Below, one piece after another: positions 48,334-56,510 of a DNA stretch of 56,796 nt; position 1 is the stretch's first letter, and every line of letters begins with the position of its first letter. The translations under genes and the position numbers were made by a program. Location of the stretch: the IMG/VR virus record IMGVR_UViG_3300022841_000008, one strand, 5' to 3'. The DNA comes from an uncultured virus (IMG/VR IMGVR_UViG_3300022841_000008) (taxonomy: Duplodnaviria; Heunggongvirae; Uroviricota; Caudoviricetes). The notes below the pieces were generated by a model that was not told the DNA's origin, ran no database searches, and saw only the letters and a list, made by a program, of their open reading frames with translations.

Positions 48334-48607
48334 CTTTTACTTTCACTGAGATAAAATTAGCAAGGCGGAAACTACGCCATTCTTTTTTGTCCGTACACCA
48401 GACATTCATAATATCCGGATTAGGCTTCTTTACTTTGGCAACTTCGCCTTCTGTAAGTACTTTGGGTTCAGGAGTTGGCGGAACAATGTCTGCACGTAGA
48501 GTGCAGGGCATTTCGCGCTGCTCGCCATTAATTTTGGTAAACATAATTACGCACTCGTTTTCAAGAAGCAGAGTGTGTAAAGCTTCGGAAGTAATAGTAT
48601 TTGTCAT
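48305..48607 (-). CDS. WYL/SH3-like (DUF2693-type) phage protein
   Basis: FTKINGEQREMPCTL...VWCTDKKEWRSFR; start re-called to MTNT, downstream of the promoter. Confidence 0.75.
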   Translation of the reverse strand: MTNTITSEALHTLLLENECVIMFTKINGEQREMPCTLRADIVPPTPEPKVLTEGEVAKVKKPNPDIMNVWCTDKKEWRSFRLANFISVKVKDETNTVQPQ

Positions 48608-48613
48608 ACTACT

Positions 48614-48642
48614 ATTATAGCACAATTACTTCCAGTTGTCAA
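48614..48642 (-). promoter_or_regulatory. sigma70 promoter
   Basis: TTGACA-N17-TATAAT (perfect consensus). Confidence 0.85.
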
Positions 48643-49426
48643 CTACAAATTTATCTTTAACATCCTGCGGTTTTGGATCACCGTGGAATACTGTGACACA
48701 ACAGTCTTTTGGAGGATCAATTGAGTTTTGGGTTGTTTTGAATTGTCGCTTGCCGTTTAATACTACGAGCTCTTCTCGACTGCGTATTTCCCACTTGTAA
48801 CTCTGTATCCAGGTCTTTGGCCAAAACTTAATACGGTCTTTTGCCAACTTCCAAATCCAATCTTGATCCCCGGGAAGTTTCATAGCAGCTTTTGGATCTG
48901 CCTTAAATTGTTCCCAGATAAAGTTTTGAGTTCCGTGGTTCCAGCACATAGTGGAACTGTTTAGGCTATTCCAATTTGCATAAAACTTTCTGTTAAAATC
49001 GTGGATGCCTAAAAAATCATTAGATCTTTCAGTAACTAATTTATCAATATTATTGTGTATAACAATGTCTAGATCAAAGTATAAAATTCTGCCCGATAAC
49101 GAAAGAGCAGGATCGAACATGTGAACTTTATGCCACCAACCTCGAGCATAGTTTGCATTTGGTTGTACAATACTTCTAACACCTTCTATACACTGGTGAT
49201 CATCAGTTAGACAAACAAACTCGTACGGAACGGTCATATGTCTAGAGACCATATTTCTAAGTCTTTCTACATACTCCCGTCCGTATCGCGTACCAAATCT
49301 AACACAGATAACAGTTACTTTAGTTAAACAACTAGCATCAACAGTAGTAGTTGGCTGACTAACTTCGACCAATTTAGCCAAACTTTTCCTCAGTCGTTTT
49401 TGTTCTTTAGTTTCCAGTATTACCAA
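48626..49426 (-). CDS. GT-A fold glycosyltransferase-like protein
   Basis: FVCLTD, GWWHKVHMF, DxD motif YFDLD, NSS, GDQDWI, VFHGDPKP. Confidence 0.75.
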   Translation of the reverse strand: MVILETKEQKRLRKSLAKLVEVSQPTTTVDASCLTKVTVICVRFGTRYGREYVERLRNMVSRHMTVPYEFVCLTDDHQCIEGVRSIVQPNANYARGWWHKVHMFDPALSLSGRILYFDLDIVIHNNIDKLVTERSNDFLGIHDFNRKFYANWNSLNSSTMCWNHGTQNFIWEQFKADPKAAMKLPGDQDWIWKLAKDRIKFWPKTWIQSYKWEIRSREELVVLNGKRQFKTTQNSIDPPKDCCVTVFHGDPKPQDVKDKFVVDNWK

Positions 49427-49464
49427 TGTCTAACTACTCCTGCAATAATAAACCACCGTGTTCA

Positions 49465-49914
49465 TTAAGCCTCGTAAACTGCGCTGTTGGAACCATGTTC
49501 TGCGCACTCAACTCGTACACAATAACAACGATTATTAGTCTTTTCGCGTATCAGTGCGTCGGCAAAGTTGAATGCATGTTCTGCAAACTTCTCTGCACCT
49601 ACACCATCAAAGATTCTAATCTCTACCAGATCTAATGCTTCTAGTTCTTTAAATTTTTCTAAATGTGGATCTTGTTTATCCAATGCCAGTTTGTGATCAA
49701 AGTGATCTTCGAGCCATGCCTTAAGCGGTTTAAGTCCACCGAAGTCTACTGCCCAGTTCTTGTCATCTAATTTATCACATCCAAAGGTAAATGTAAACGC
49801 TAAACTGTAACCATGTAACAAATGACAGTGACTGTGATCTGCGTTAGGTTGACGGAATACCGCTGACAGCCCAATGTTGTGTCCGTAATGTTTTATTGAA
49901 TAAAATTTTGCCAT
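49465..49914 (-). CDS. queD: 6-carboxy-5,6,7,8-tetrahydropterin synthase
   Basis: HCHLLHGY, VDFGGLK, FDH, GAEKFAE, ECAEHGSNSA. Confidence 0.88.
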   Translation of the reverse strand: MAKFYSIKHYGHNIGLSAVFRQPNADHSHCHLLHGYSLAFTFTFGCDKLDDKNWAVDFGGLKPLKAWLEDHFDHKLALDKQDPHLEKFKELEALDLVEIRIFDGVGAEKFAEHAFNFADALIREKTNNRCYCVRVECAEHGSNSAVYEA

Positions 49915-50007
49915 CTCTAGTCTCCTTAATGAATGAGCAAGTTTGACGACATGCAGAGTTTATATAGCGGGATGAATGACGTAGAAGTCCGCTGTGTGTA
50001 TGTGTTA
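49915..50007 (-). promoter_or_regulatory. structured 5' leader of queD (riboswitch-like candidate)
   Basis: About 90-nt UTR with an AGCGG/CCGCU stem, an A-rich tail, a second stem and a duplicated UCAUUCAU. Confidence 0.45.
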
Positions 50008-50013
50008 TGTACT

Positions 50014-50042
50014 ATTATATAGTACCGGTATTTATAAGTCAA
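50014..50042 (-). promoter_or_regulatory. sigma70 promoter with an embedded TATAAATA late promoter for queD
   Basis: TTGACT-N17-TATAAT; the spacer begins TATAAATA. Confidence 0.75.
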
Positions 50043-50646
50043 CCTTAAAGTTGTCCAATGATATGAAATCTACATTAGGTCTCTTCCACATTGGAGGTAG
50101 CTGCCACTTAGATTCATTAACTACTGTAAATGTAGTTTCTGGAAAGTGTTTAAACACTTTTGATATTTGATAGACCCAATAGTTGTAGTCTACAGCCTGC
50201 GTATCTGGCTTAGAATAGTTTTGGGTACCTTTGTACAAATTATTGACTTTATTGTTCATTGGATAAAGATCGAACCCAACTAAGGAAATATTTTTGTATC
50301 CTAGACTAGCAGCTAGTAATATTGCGTATCCACCACTGCCCCAATGTGATGGTTGATCTTTTTTTTCTTCTCCCGTGTAAGGCAGAGAAGGAACGAGATG
50401 TGTTCGTTTGTCTTTTTGTATCTTTCGATAGTACTTGAACCAATCTTCCCTAACATAGATAAGAGTATACTTTGTATTAGGACTGCTAACCGCTTCCTCT
50501 ACCATACGTCTATCGCAACAGACAAGATGATCCATTATTGCATCGCGATGAATAGCATTACATCCGATAAGAGTGTTAGATGATTTTAATAAAGAAGGGT
50601 CAATGTTTTTACGGCTTTCGCCATTGCCAAATACTACAGCATTCAC
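50032..50646 (-). CDS. Rossmann-like glycosyltransferase (sialyltransferase/Maf-like) protein
   Basis: VVFGNGESR, IGCNA, LVCCD, SGGYAILLA, ISLVGFD. Confidence 0.55.
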   Translation of the reverse strand: MNAVVFGNGESRKNIDPSLLKSSNTLIGCNAIHRDAIMDHLVCCDRRMVEEAVSSPNTKYTLIYVREDWFKYYRKIQKDKRTHLVPSLPYTGEEKKDQPSHWGSGGYAILLAASLGYKNISLVGFDLYPMNNKVNNLYKGTQNYSKPDTQAVDYNYWVYQISKVFKHFPETTFTVVNESKWQLPPMWKRPNVDFISLDNFKVDL

Positions 50647-50647
50647 T

Positions 50648-51490
50648 TTATTTTATTTCGCCGAATGGATTCCACATACCAGGATTCCCACCCTTAATGC
50701 AGATCCACCCTACATATCCTCTAGGCTGTGGGTTTGAATTCCAAACAATGTCACCTTGATTATAGCTGCCGCTATCCGGATAAGCTCTGCCTTTTAAGTG
50801 CAGAGTATCATTAAATTTAATTGCGCCACCTACATGTAACTCTGCACGTGGATCAATAGTTCCTACATTAATTCCTAAAGACCCAGTTACAGTAACTTTA
50901 ATTGGCCCATTATTTTTATTACCTAATTCAATATCGCCGCCGGCTTTGACAATTAATCGAGCAGTGTTATCAGTTACTATTTCTAAATCAGCACTGTTAA
51001 AGGTGCCTATACCTCCTTTAGTACTTTGTCTAGATCCCAAAACAAGTTCAACACCTTCGTCAGCAATGCTAAAGGCTGCATTAGGTTGGTCAGTGCCAAG
51101 CCCTAATCTATCAGCAGTTGCATTAAAAAACAAATAACTGTTAACGCTGAACCCGCCATCGACTACTAGTCCTTTTAATCGACCGACTTCACGAAGATTA
51201 CTTTTAGTAATGCTTGCTCCCAGAGCCTTATCACTAAGAACCTCAACTCCATCAATTGATAATGTTTTATTTTTAGCAAGCACAATAGATTCAGAACTAA
51301 AAAACTGATTAGGTTGATATACAAACTGTTTTGTGTTTCCGCTGCCTGCCCAAATTAGTCCCTTGCCTTCGATGTCGCCGTTAAACTTTAAGTAAGATAA
51401 CTCAACAATGTTAGTGTCTTGATTTTTTGTAGCAAGGATATCTTTAAGAAGTACTGCTAACGAATCTATATTTTGATCTTGAGTGGCCAT
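50648..51490 (-). CDS. virion (tail) protein, paralog 2
   Basis: Closely similar to 51492..52577; C-terminal GDIVWNSNP...GWIC...PG-W-PFG. Confidence 0.7.
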   Translation of the reverse strand: MATQDQNIDSLAVLLKDILATKNQDTNIVELSYLKFNGDIEGKGLIWAGSGNTKQFVYQPNQFFSSESIVLAKNKTLSIDGVEVLSDKALGASITKSNLREVGRLKGLVVDGGFSVNSYLFFNATADRLGLGTDQPNAAFSIADEGVELVLGSRQSTKGGIGTFNSADLEIVTDNTARLIVKAGGDIELGNKNNGPIKVTVTGSLGINVGTIDPRAELHVGGAIKFNDTLHLKGRAYPDSGSYNQGDIVWNSNPQPRGYVGWICIKGGNPGMWNPFGEIK

Positions 51491-51491
51491 T

Positions 51492-52577
51492 TTAATTTCC
51501 AATTTTACCAAACGGAGCCCATATTCCTGGACTGCCTGCTTGCACACATACCCACCCAATAAACGTATTTTGTTTAGGTTCCGAGTTCCAAACTATATCA
51601 CCTTGATTGTATGCACCTGCTGTGGGATATGCTCTGTCATACTTTTGAAGTTTGCCATTAAATTTAACAGCACCATTAACGTGTAGATCAACTTCTGGAT
51701 CTGGCATAGCTACTTTGATTGATAGCCTACCGTGAACACTAACCTGCACTGGCGGTCGATCCGTATTACCTAATTGAATGCTACCATTGGCACTAATACC
51801 AATCCTTGATGTGTTGTCTGTTACAATATCAACTGCATGACTAGCAAAGGTTCCCACTACTCCTCGATTTTCTTTAGTCCCAATTAGAACTTCAATTCCG
51901 TCTTCGGCAACACTTAGCGCAGCATTAGGTTGATCAGTACCGAGCCCCAGACGATCAGCAGTACCGTTAAAGAACATATAGTTGTTAACACTTAGTGATC
52001 CGTCAACTAACAATCCTTTTAATCGACCAACTTCGCGAAGATTACTTTTAGTGACACTTGCACCTAGTTCGATACCGTCCAACACTTTAACGCCGTTCAT
52101 GGACAAATACTTGTCTTTAGCAATATCAATTATTTCTGAACTAAAAAATTTGTCAGGTCCGCTATTAAACACAAACTGTTTAGTGGATCCCTGACCTTTC
52201 CATAACAGTCCCTTACCGTAAACTTCTTTACCAGCAAATGTTACAGATTGATCTTTTTCATATTGTATGTTAGCTTTTAATTGCTTTACTTCGAGGACAT
52301 CGACTATAATGGTGTTAGCAGTTAACGAGTCAACTGTACCGTTAATTATAATGCCGCTATCTGTAATAACAAGTTGTTCTTTAGTTGCAGAATCAGTAAT
52401 CCCGGCACTGGCAAACTTTAGTATTTTTCCGCCAGCAATATGATCTCCACTAAGCGCTCGCTTGGGAAGTTGGCTAGCTAGTTCTAGCGGAGTAAGTGAT
52501 TTAACAACGTTCGGTTCTTGGCTTTTTAGGGCATCGCCGAGGGCTGCAAGTGCTTGATCAAGGTTCTTATTGTTCAT
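51492..52577 (-). CDS. virion (tail) protein, paralog 1
   Basis: Late promoter upstream; LGLGTDQPNA tail-fibre-type repeats. Confidence 0.7.
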   Translation of the reverse strand: MNNKNLDQALAALGDALKSQEPNVVKSLTPLELASQLPKRALSGDHIAGGKILKFASAGITDSATKEQLVITDSGIIINGTVDSLTANTIIVDVLEVKQLKANIQYEKDQSVTFAGKEVYGKGLLWKGQGSTKQFVFNSGPDKFFSSEIIDIAKDKYLSMNGVKVLDGIELGASVTKSNLREVGRLKGLLVDGSLSVNNYMFFNGTADRLGLGTDQPNAALSVAEDGIEVLIGTKENRGVVGTFASHAVDIVTDNTSRIGISANGSIQLGNTDRPPVQVSVHGRLSIKVAMPDPEVDLHVNGAVKFNGKLQKYDRAYPTAGAYNQGDIVWNSEPKQNTFIGWVCVQAGSPGIWAPFGKIGN

Positions 52578-52600
52578 AGTAAGGTATTTATCAATAAATG

Positions 52601-52625
52601 AAAAGCGGGCACCTGGCCCGCTTTT
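52601..52625. terminator. rho-independent terminator (bidirectional geometry)
   Basis: AAAAGCGGGC-ACCTG-GCCCGCTTTT. Confidence 0.8.
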
Positions 52626-52642
52626 CTACCCTACTAGAACAA

Positions 52643-53821
52643 TTATGCTACTTTAAGTAGGATAATCTCTTCGTTGATGCGTCCGTTCATCTTAGTGTCA
52701 GTTGCATTAATGTCGTCTAAGAACTTGCGTAGTGCAATCTTGCCTGCTGCCTTGAACTCTCTCAGCTTTTCTTCAGGCTTACGAATAGTCTTTTGCACAC
52801 TTTTAACCTCATCGAAGTTGATAATTGTGGTACCTTTAATACTTAATGTATTAAATTCAGTAGCAACATACTTGCCGATCTTGCGTGACTTACTGTTATA
52901 CGTCCACAGTTCCTGAGCACCAATCACATCTTCCGGGTTGATACTTACTAGCTTCAACGGCTCATCTGTTTTCTTGTACTTGAGCTTAGAAACAACCTTA
53001 CTCTTATCAGTCGGCTTCTTAGCCCGTGGCGCACGATTAACTTTAGCTTCTTGTCCGAGCATGTCGCAGGCACTGATAATCTCTTGATAGAAAGCGGTGA
53101 TCTTCTTCAACTGCGCCTTACTCAGATGACTATACCCTTCTTTAAGTTGCGCATCATTGGTACCGGTAGCCTCGACAAGTTCTTGTAAATCACGAACGTA
53201 AAAGTTCTTAATGATACGAGAATGAGCTGCTTTAGCACCTTTGGCTTTGAGCAAGTTAAGCATCTTAAATGCTTTTTGGTCAAACGCATCTGGATCTGTT
53301 TGGAACATCTCAATAGCGTCTTCAATTTCTGTAGTCATTGCAATGGCACTATCACGTACTCGTTCCTGAATACTAGGAACATACACATTAGGCTTATCGG
53401 CCTTTGCTGCTTCTGCTACAGCGTCTTCATCGATGTCATGCTTACTTTCTACAAGTACACTTTGTATAGAATTCTTAAGCCAGTCCGCCGAACTACGACC
53501 TTTGTTCCAATCTGCACGTTGTTCTGGCATACCGTTAAGCAAGCAGACAGCAATAGCACCCATCACAGGCGAACACCGACTGTCTTTGGATTTCTTAAAG
53601 TTTGCAATATCTACTTTAGTGTAACCGTTAGCACTCATCCAATTGATAACTTTTGGCTTTAGTTCTTTACCACTAGATTCCATACGATACCATTCCATAC
53701 TAATACGGAAATGTCTAGCATACTGATCAGCTGATAGCCCACTAATATTATCCCACTTTGGGCTTAGATCTTTACCAATTTTTGCACGAACTTGTGCCAA
53801 GTGTTTTGCTTTAGTTGCCAT
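52643..53821 (-). CDS. hypothetical protein (392 aa)
   Basis: Long ORF with AGGAG RBS and its own promoter. Confidence 0.85.
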   Translation of the reverse strand: MATKAKHLAQVRAKIGKDLSPKWDNISGLSADQYARHFRISMEWYRMESSGKELKPKVINWMSANGYTKVDIANFKKSKDSRCSPVMGAIAVCLLNGMPEQRADWNKGRSSADWLKNSIQSVLVESKHDIDEDAVAEAAKADKPNVYVPSIQERVRDSAIAMTTEIEDAIEMFQTDPDAFDQKAFKMLNLLKAKGAKAAHSRIIKNFYVRDLQELVEATGTNDAQLKEGYSHLSKAQLKKITAFYQEIISACDMLGQEAKVNRAPRAKKPTDKSKVVSKLKYKKTDEPLKLVSINPEDVIGAQELWTYNSKSRKIGKYVATEFNTLSIKGTTIINFDEVKSVQKTIRKPEEKLREFKAAGKIALRKFLDDINATDTKMNGRINEEIILLKVA

Positions 53822-53853
53822 GTTTGCTCCTAGTATCGTTTAACAATATGTAT

Positions 53854-53882
53854 ATTATAACATCGTTTTGGTACATTGTCAA
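53854..53882 (-). promoter_or_regulatory. sigma70 promoter
   Basis: TTGACA-N17-TATAAT. Confidence 0.85.
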
Positions 53883-54073
53883 CCATGCTCAAAGCGTTGT
53901 ACTTCTGACAAGTCACCGTCTTTATTTTCTTGATACACTGTTGCAAACAGGTAGCCTTGACCTAATAATGATTCTGCTATTTCACATGCCTGCTTTCGAC
54001 TTGCAGTTGTTTCTTGTAGTTCTTCATGACCGTCTTCGGCTTCCGCCCAAACTTCATATAGTTCGAAGTTCAT
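53879..54073 (-). CDS. hypothetical protein
   Basis: 64-aa acidic ORF. Confidence 0.7.
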   Translation of the reverse strand: MNFELYEVWAEAEDGHEELQETTASRKQACEIAESLLGQGYLFATVYQENKDGDLSEVQRFEHG

Positions 54074-54095
54074 TTTAAATTATTATCCCCTAAAA

Positions 54096-54665
54096 TTAAT
54101 AGTTATCTAAATCTGCAGATAACACGCGCCAACTGAGCTTTTTTAAGTCGTTTTCAATTTCTTGAGTAACAACACCTTCCGACACATAGGCTTGTGTTTC
54201 TAAATAGCGTTCCTTTTCTTCAAAGGATAAGTTGTCTACTTCTTCTTGAGATCGAGAAAGATCCTTAATACCGCTGCAATACCAATTGATGTAATCACCC
54301 TTCTGTTGCATACTTGCAACAATACCGCCAACATAGCGCCACGATCTACTCCAAGTTTCGTCTTTCAAAATAGGAATAACCTCTAACTTTTGGAAGTCTC
54401 TGTTACACATAGCTGCATATAGATTTTGAGCATAGACTGCACTTTCGCGAACTTTTTCTAAAATCCAATCAGTAGTGAGCAGATCATATTCGAGATTATT
54501 TTCTCGACTCTTAGGATCATCGAACTTATTCTCTTCTTCTTCTAGAATTCGATCAAACATATCTAGATAATCGTCGTTAACGGGCTCGCCTTTTTCAAGT
54601 TGGCGCTTAACGTATCCATTCTTTTGAAAGGTGTGTCGGTCAGGACTTTTTGAAATTTTTGACAT
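54096..54665 (-). CDS. hypothetical protein
   Basis: 189 aa; YAQNLYAAMCN, SWRYVGGIVA, DYINWYCSG. Confidence 0.8.
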   Translation of the reverse strand: MSKISKSPDRHTFQKNGYVKRQLEKGEPVNDDYLDMFDRILEEEENKFDDPKSRENNLEYDLLTTDWILEKVRESAVYAQNLYAAMCNRDFQKLEVIPILKDETWSRSWRYVGGIVASMQQKGDYINWYCSGIKDLSRSQEEVDNLSFEEKERYLETQAYVSEGVVTQEIENDLKKLSWRVLSADLDNY

Positions 54666-54969
54666 CTTGCACTGCTTTCTTTAGAGTTTCTGCATAGTTA
54701 ACTGCCTGTTGTTCAGTCATAATAATGTTGGCTTCATATTCAACATAACCTTTGGTAAGCACCCGCCAAATGACCTGCCAGCGATTGAGACTCCACGGTT
54801 TGGATTTTTGTGTTGTGTAGGTTGTGACTGTGACATCACACTCATCTGCTTCAACCCATACCGTATGATCGTGATCCTCTTGATGACATTGACAAACTAT
54901 TTGATAACACATTGCATCACCCCAAGTGCTACGTTTAAGAATGCCTTCTGCCGGAGTTTGAGTTTTCAT
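54640..54969 (-). CDS. hypothetical protein
   Basis: 109 aa; CQC...HDH possible metal site. Confidence 0.75.
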   Translation of the reverse strand: MKTQTPAEGILKRSTWGDAMCYQIVCQCHQEDHDHTVWVEADECDVTVTTYTTQKSKPWSLNRWQVIWRVLTKGYVEYEANIIMTEQQAVNYAETLKKAVQDVKNFKKS

Positions 54970-55021
54970 TGATAATATTGTAGGTCAATAGTCAGTGCTT
55001 GTACTCTATCAATGATAGAGT

Positions 55022-55192
55022 TCATTTACTTCTTGATCGTTGATGTCTGTATTCACGTTTTAACCACCATTTGTAAGTGTTCCAGTATTGCTTTATTGTA
55101 GCAGGTTCTTGGCTGTATGTCAATCTTTCTTCGCAGTTATCAATCCAAATATTCCTAACCCAACCCCGAAATTTAGAATCTTTTAAGTCCAT
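55022..55192 (-). CDS. hypothetical protein (56 aa; not in the ORF track)
   Basis: MDLKDSKFRGWVRNIWIDNCEERLTYSQEPATIKQYWNTYKWWLKREYRHQRSRSK*; fills the gap and overlaps neighbours. Confidence 0.65.
   Translation of the reverse strand: MDLKDSKFRGWVRNIWIDNCEERLTYSQEPATIKQYWNTYKWWLKREYRHQRSRSK
55095..55123 (-). promoter_or_regulatory. sigma70-like promoter inside a coding region
   Basis: TTGACA-N17-TACAAT. Confidence 0.65.
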
Positions 55193-56031
55193 AGTGAACC
55201 TCGAATTTTAATAAGACGAATCAACATTGCTTCGTCTTCTTTTTCGTACGCCGCCTCAATCTTTCGCAATAGCTTATGTGTATTATTGCTCATCTTTTTA
55301 AGTGCAGGAGTTTTGTCACTGCTCATCCAACTCATCTTGCCACCGTTGGCTTCTCGGCTAGCTTCACAGTAAGCAGTCCAACCACTTGCATCGTATGGGT
55401 CCGGACGATTTGGATAAGTCACAGTCCACCAAATGTACAGCTCCTTGATCTCTTTTGCACGTTCTGCTTGCGAAGTTGGCTTGCCGTAGTCTTTGTGATT
55501 TTCTTCTACACCCCAGTCCTTGCCCATGGTAAGAGTCATTGCCCAGTCAAGATGATCTAATCCTGCTTGCGCACAACGCCACGTTCTCCAGCGCCACCAC
55601 CCTGATGCCCAGAACGGTGCCGCATATTTTGCACGGTCTTCTTTGTTGCCCCAGGCAATATGACTCCATGCTGATTCTATTTCCACAAAGTCCACAAGCT
55701 CGTTAAAAAGACAAGGAAGGAAACGATTACCAACATCTTGCCATTGCCCAGGCTTGATGTCTCTACTGTGTGCAGTAAGGCTATTGGTGCGAGTGACCCA
55801 GCGATTGTTAACATAATACTTGACAGCATAGATTCCTCTAGCAGGTGCAGTAACAAAATCTTGAATATGACCAAGTGCTTCCTCGGCTATCCAGTAGCGG
55901 AAATTGTGTTTCATTTGAGCCTGAGTAGTCCAGTCGTCCCATTCTTCAGCGGTACCAGCACTGAGTTTCTTAGTGCCGCGAAGCCAATCTGCAAAAGTAG
56001 TGCAACTCCAGTATCTAATATGTTGTGCCAT
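55183..56031 (-). CDS. Trp-rich hypothetical protein
   Basis: 282-aa ORF with GAGG RBS and its own promoter. Confidence 0.85.
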   Translation of the reverse strand: MAQHIRYWSCTTFADWLRGTKKLSAGTAEEWDDWTTQAQMKHNFRYWIAEEALGHIQDFVTAPARGIYAVKYYVNNRWVTRTNSLTAHSRDIKPGQWQDVGNRFLPCLFNELVDFVEIESAWSHIAWGNKEDRAKYAAPFWASGWWRWRTWRCAQAGLDHLDWAMTLTMGKDWGVEENHKDYGKPTSQAERAKEIKELYIWWTVTYPNRPDPYDASGWTAYCEASREANGGKMSWMSSDKTPALKKMSNNTHKLLRKIEAAYEKEDEAMLIRLIKIRGSLWT

Positions 56032-56054
56032 TTATAACCTCTCTAGTTAAAACT

Positions 56055-56083
56055 ATTATACAGTCTATTTCTTACGTTGTCAA
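56055..56083 (-). promoter_or_regulatory. sigma70 promoter
   Basis: TTGACA-N17-TATAAT. Confidence 0.85.
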
Positions 56084-56457
56084 ATCTTTCTTTGGTAGCC
56101 GGCTAGGTTTAGCATGATACTATATTGTTCATATGCATTCTTGACAGCAGCGTTAGTAAACCGATAATGAGCCTCTTCGCGCTCTTTGTCCATAAGCAGC
56201 TCAAACATATCTCTAGAATGGTCACTGTTTCTAAAATTCATAAAACGATTTTCCATTTCTACCAGCGTGTTCAACCTGCTTTCCGGAATCTCAACGGTGT
56301 AGAGCTTCTCAGTCTGCAGGTCCATGTCATCTCGAATGATGCTGGCATTTAAAGGTTCTGTGAAGAACTGCGGTCTGCGATATCTTGCAAACCGTTTCTG
56401 ATCATCAACAATCCTAACTTCATAGTTCTTGCAGAACTTGTTTAATTGTTCTGTCAT
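56080..56457 (-). CDS. hypothetical protein
   Basis: Probable start MTEQLNKF; C-terminal AVKNAYEQYSIMLNL. Confidence 0.75.
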   Translation of the reverse strand: MTEQLNKFCKNYEVRIVDDQKRFARYRRPQFFTEPLNASIIRDDMDLQTEKLYTVEIPESRLNTLVEMENRFMNFRNSDHSRDMFELLMDKEREEAHYRFTNAAVKNAYEQYSIMLNLAGYQRKI

Positions 56458-56510
56458 TTTGCTGCAAGCACCCATTGTGCTAATAGTTTTTTCATGTTAG
56501 TTTCCTTTAG

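Noticed and set aside
49955..49995. Calling the queD leader a canonical preQ1-I riboswitch
   Set aside because: The loop is too long and the expected loop-tail P2 pairing is missing; kept only as a candidate
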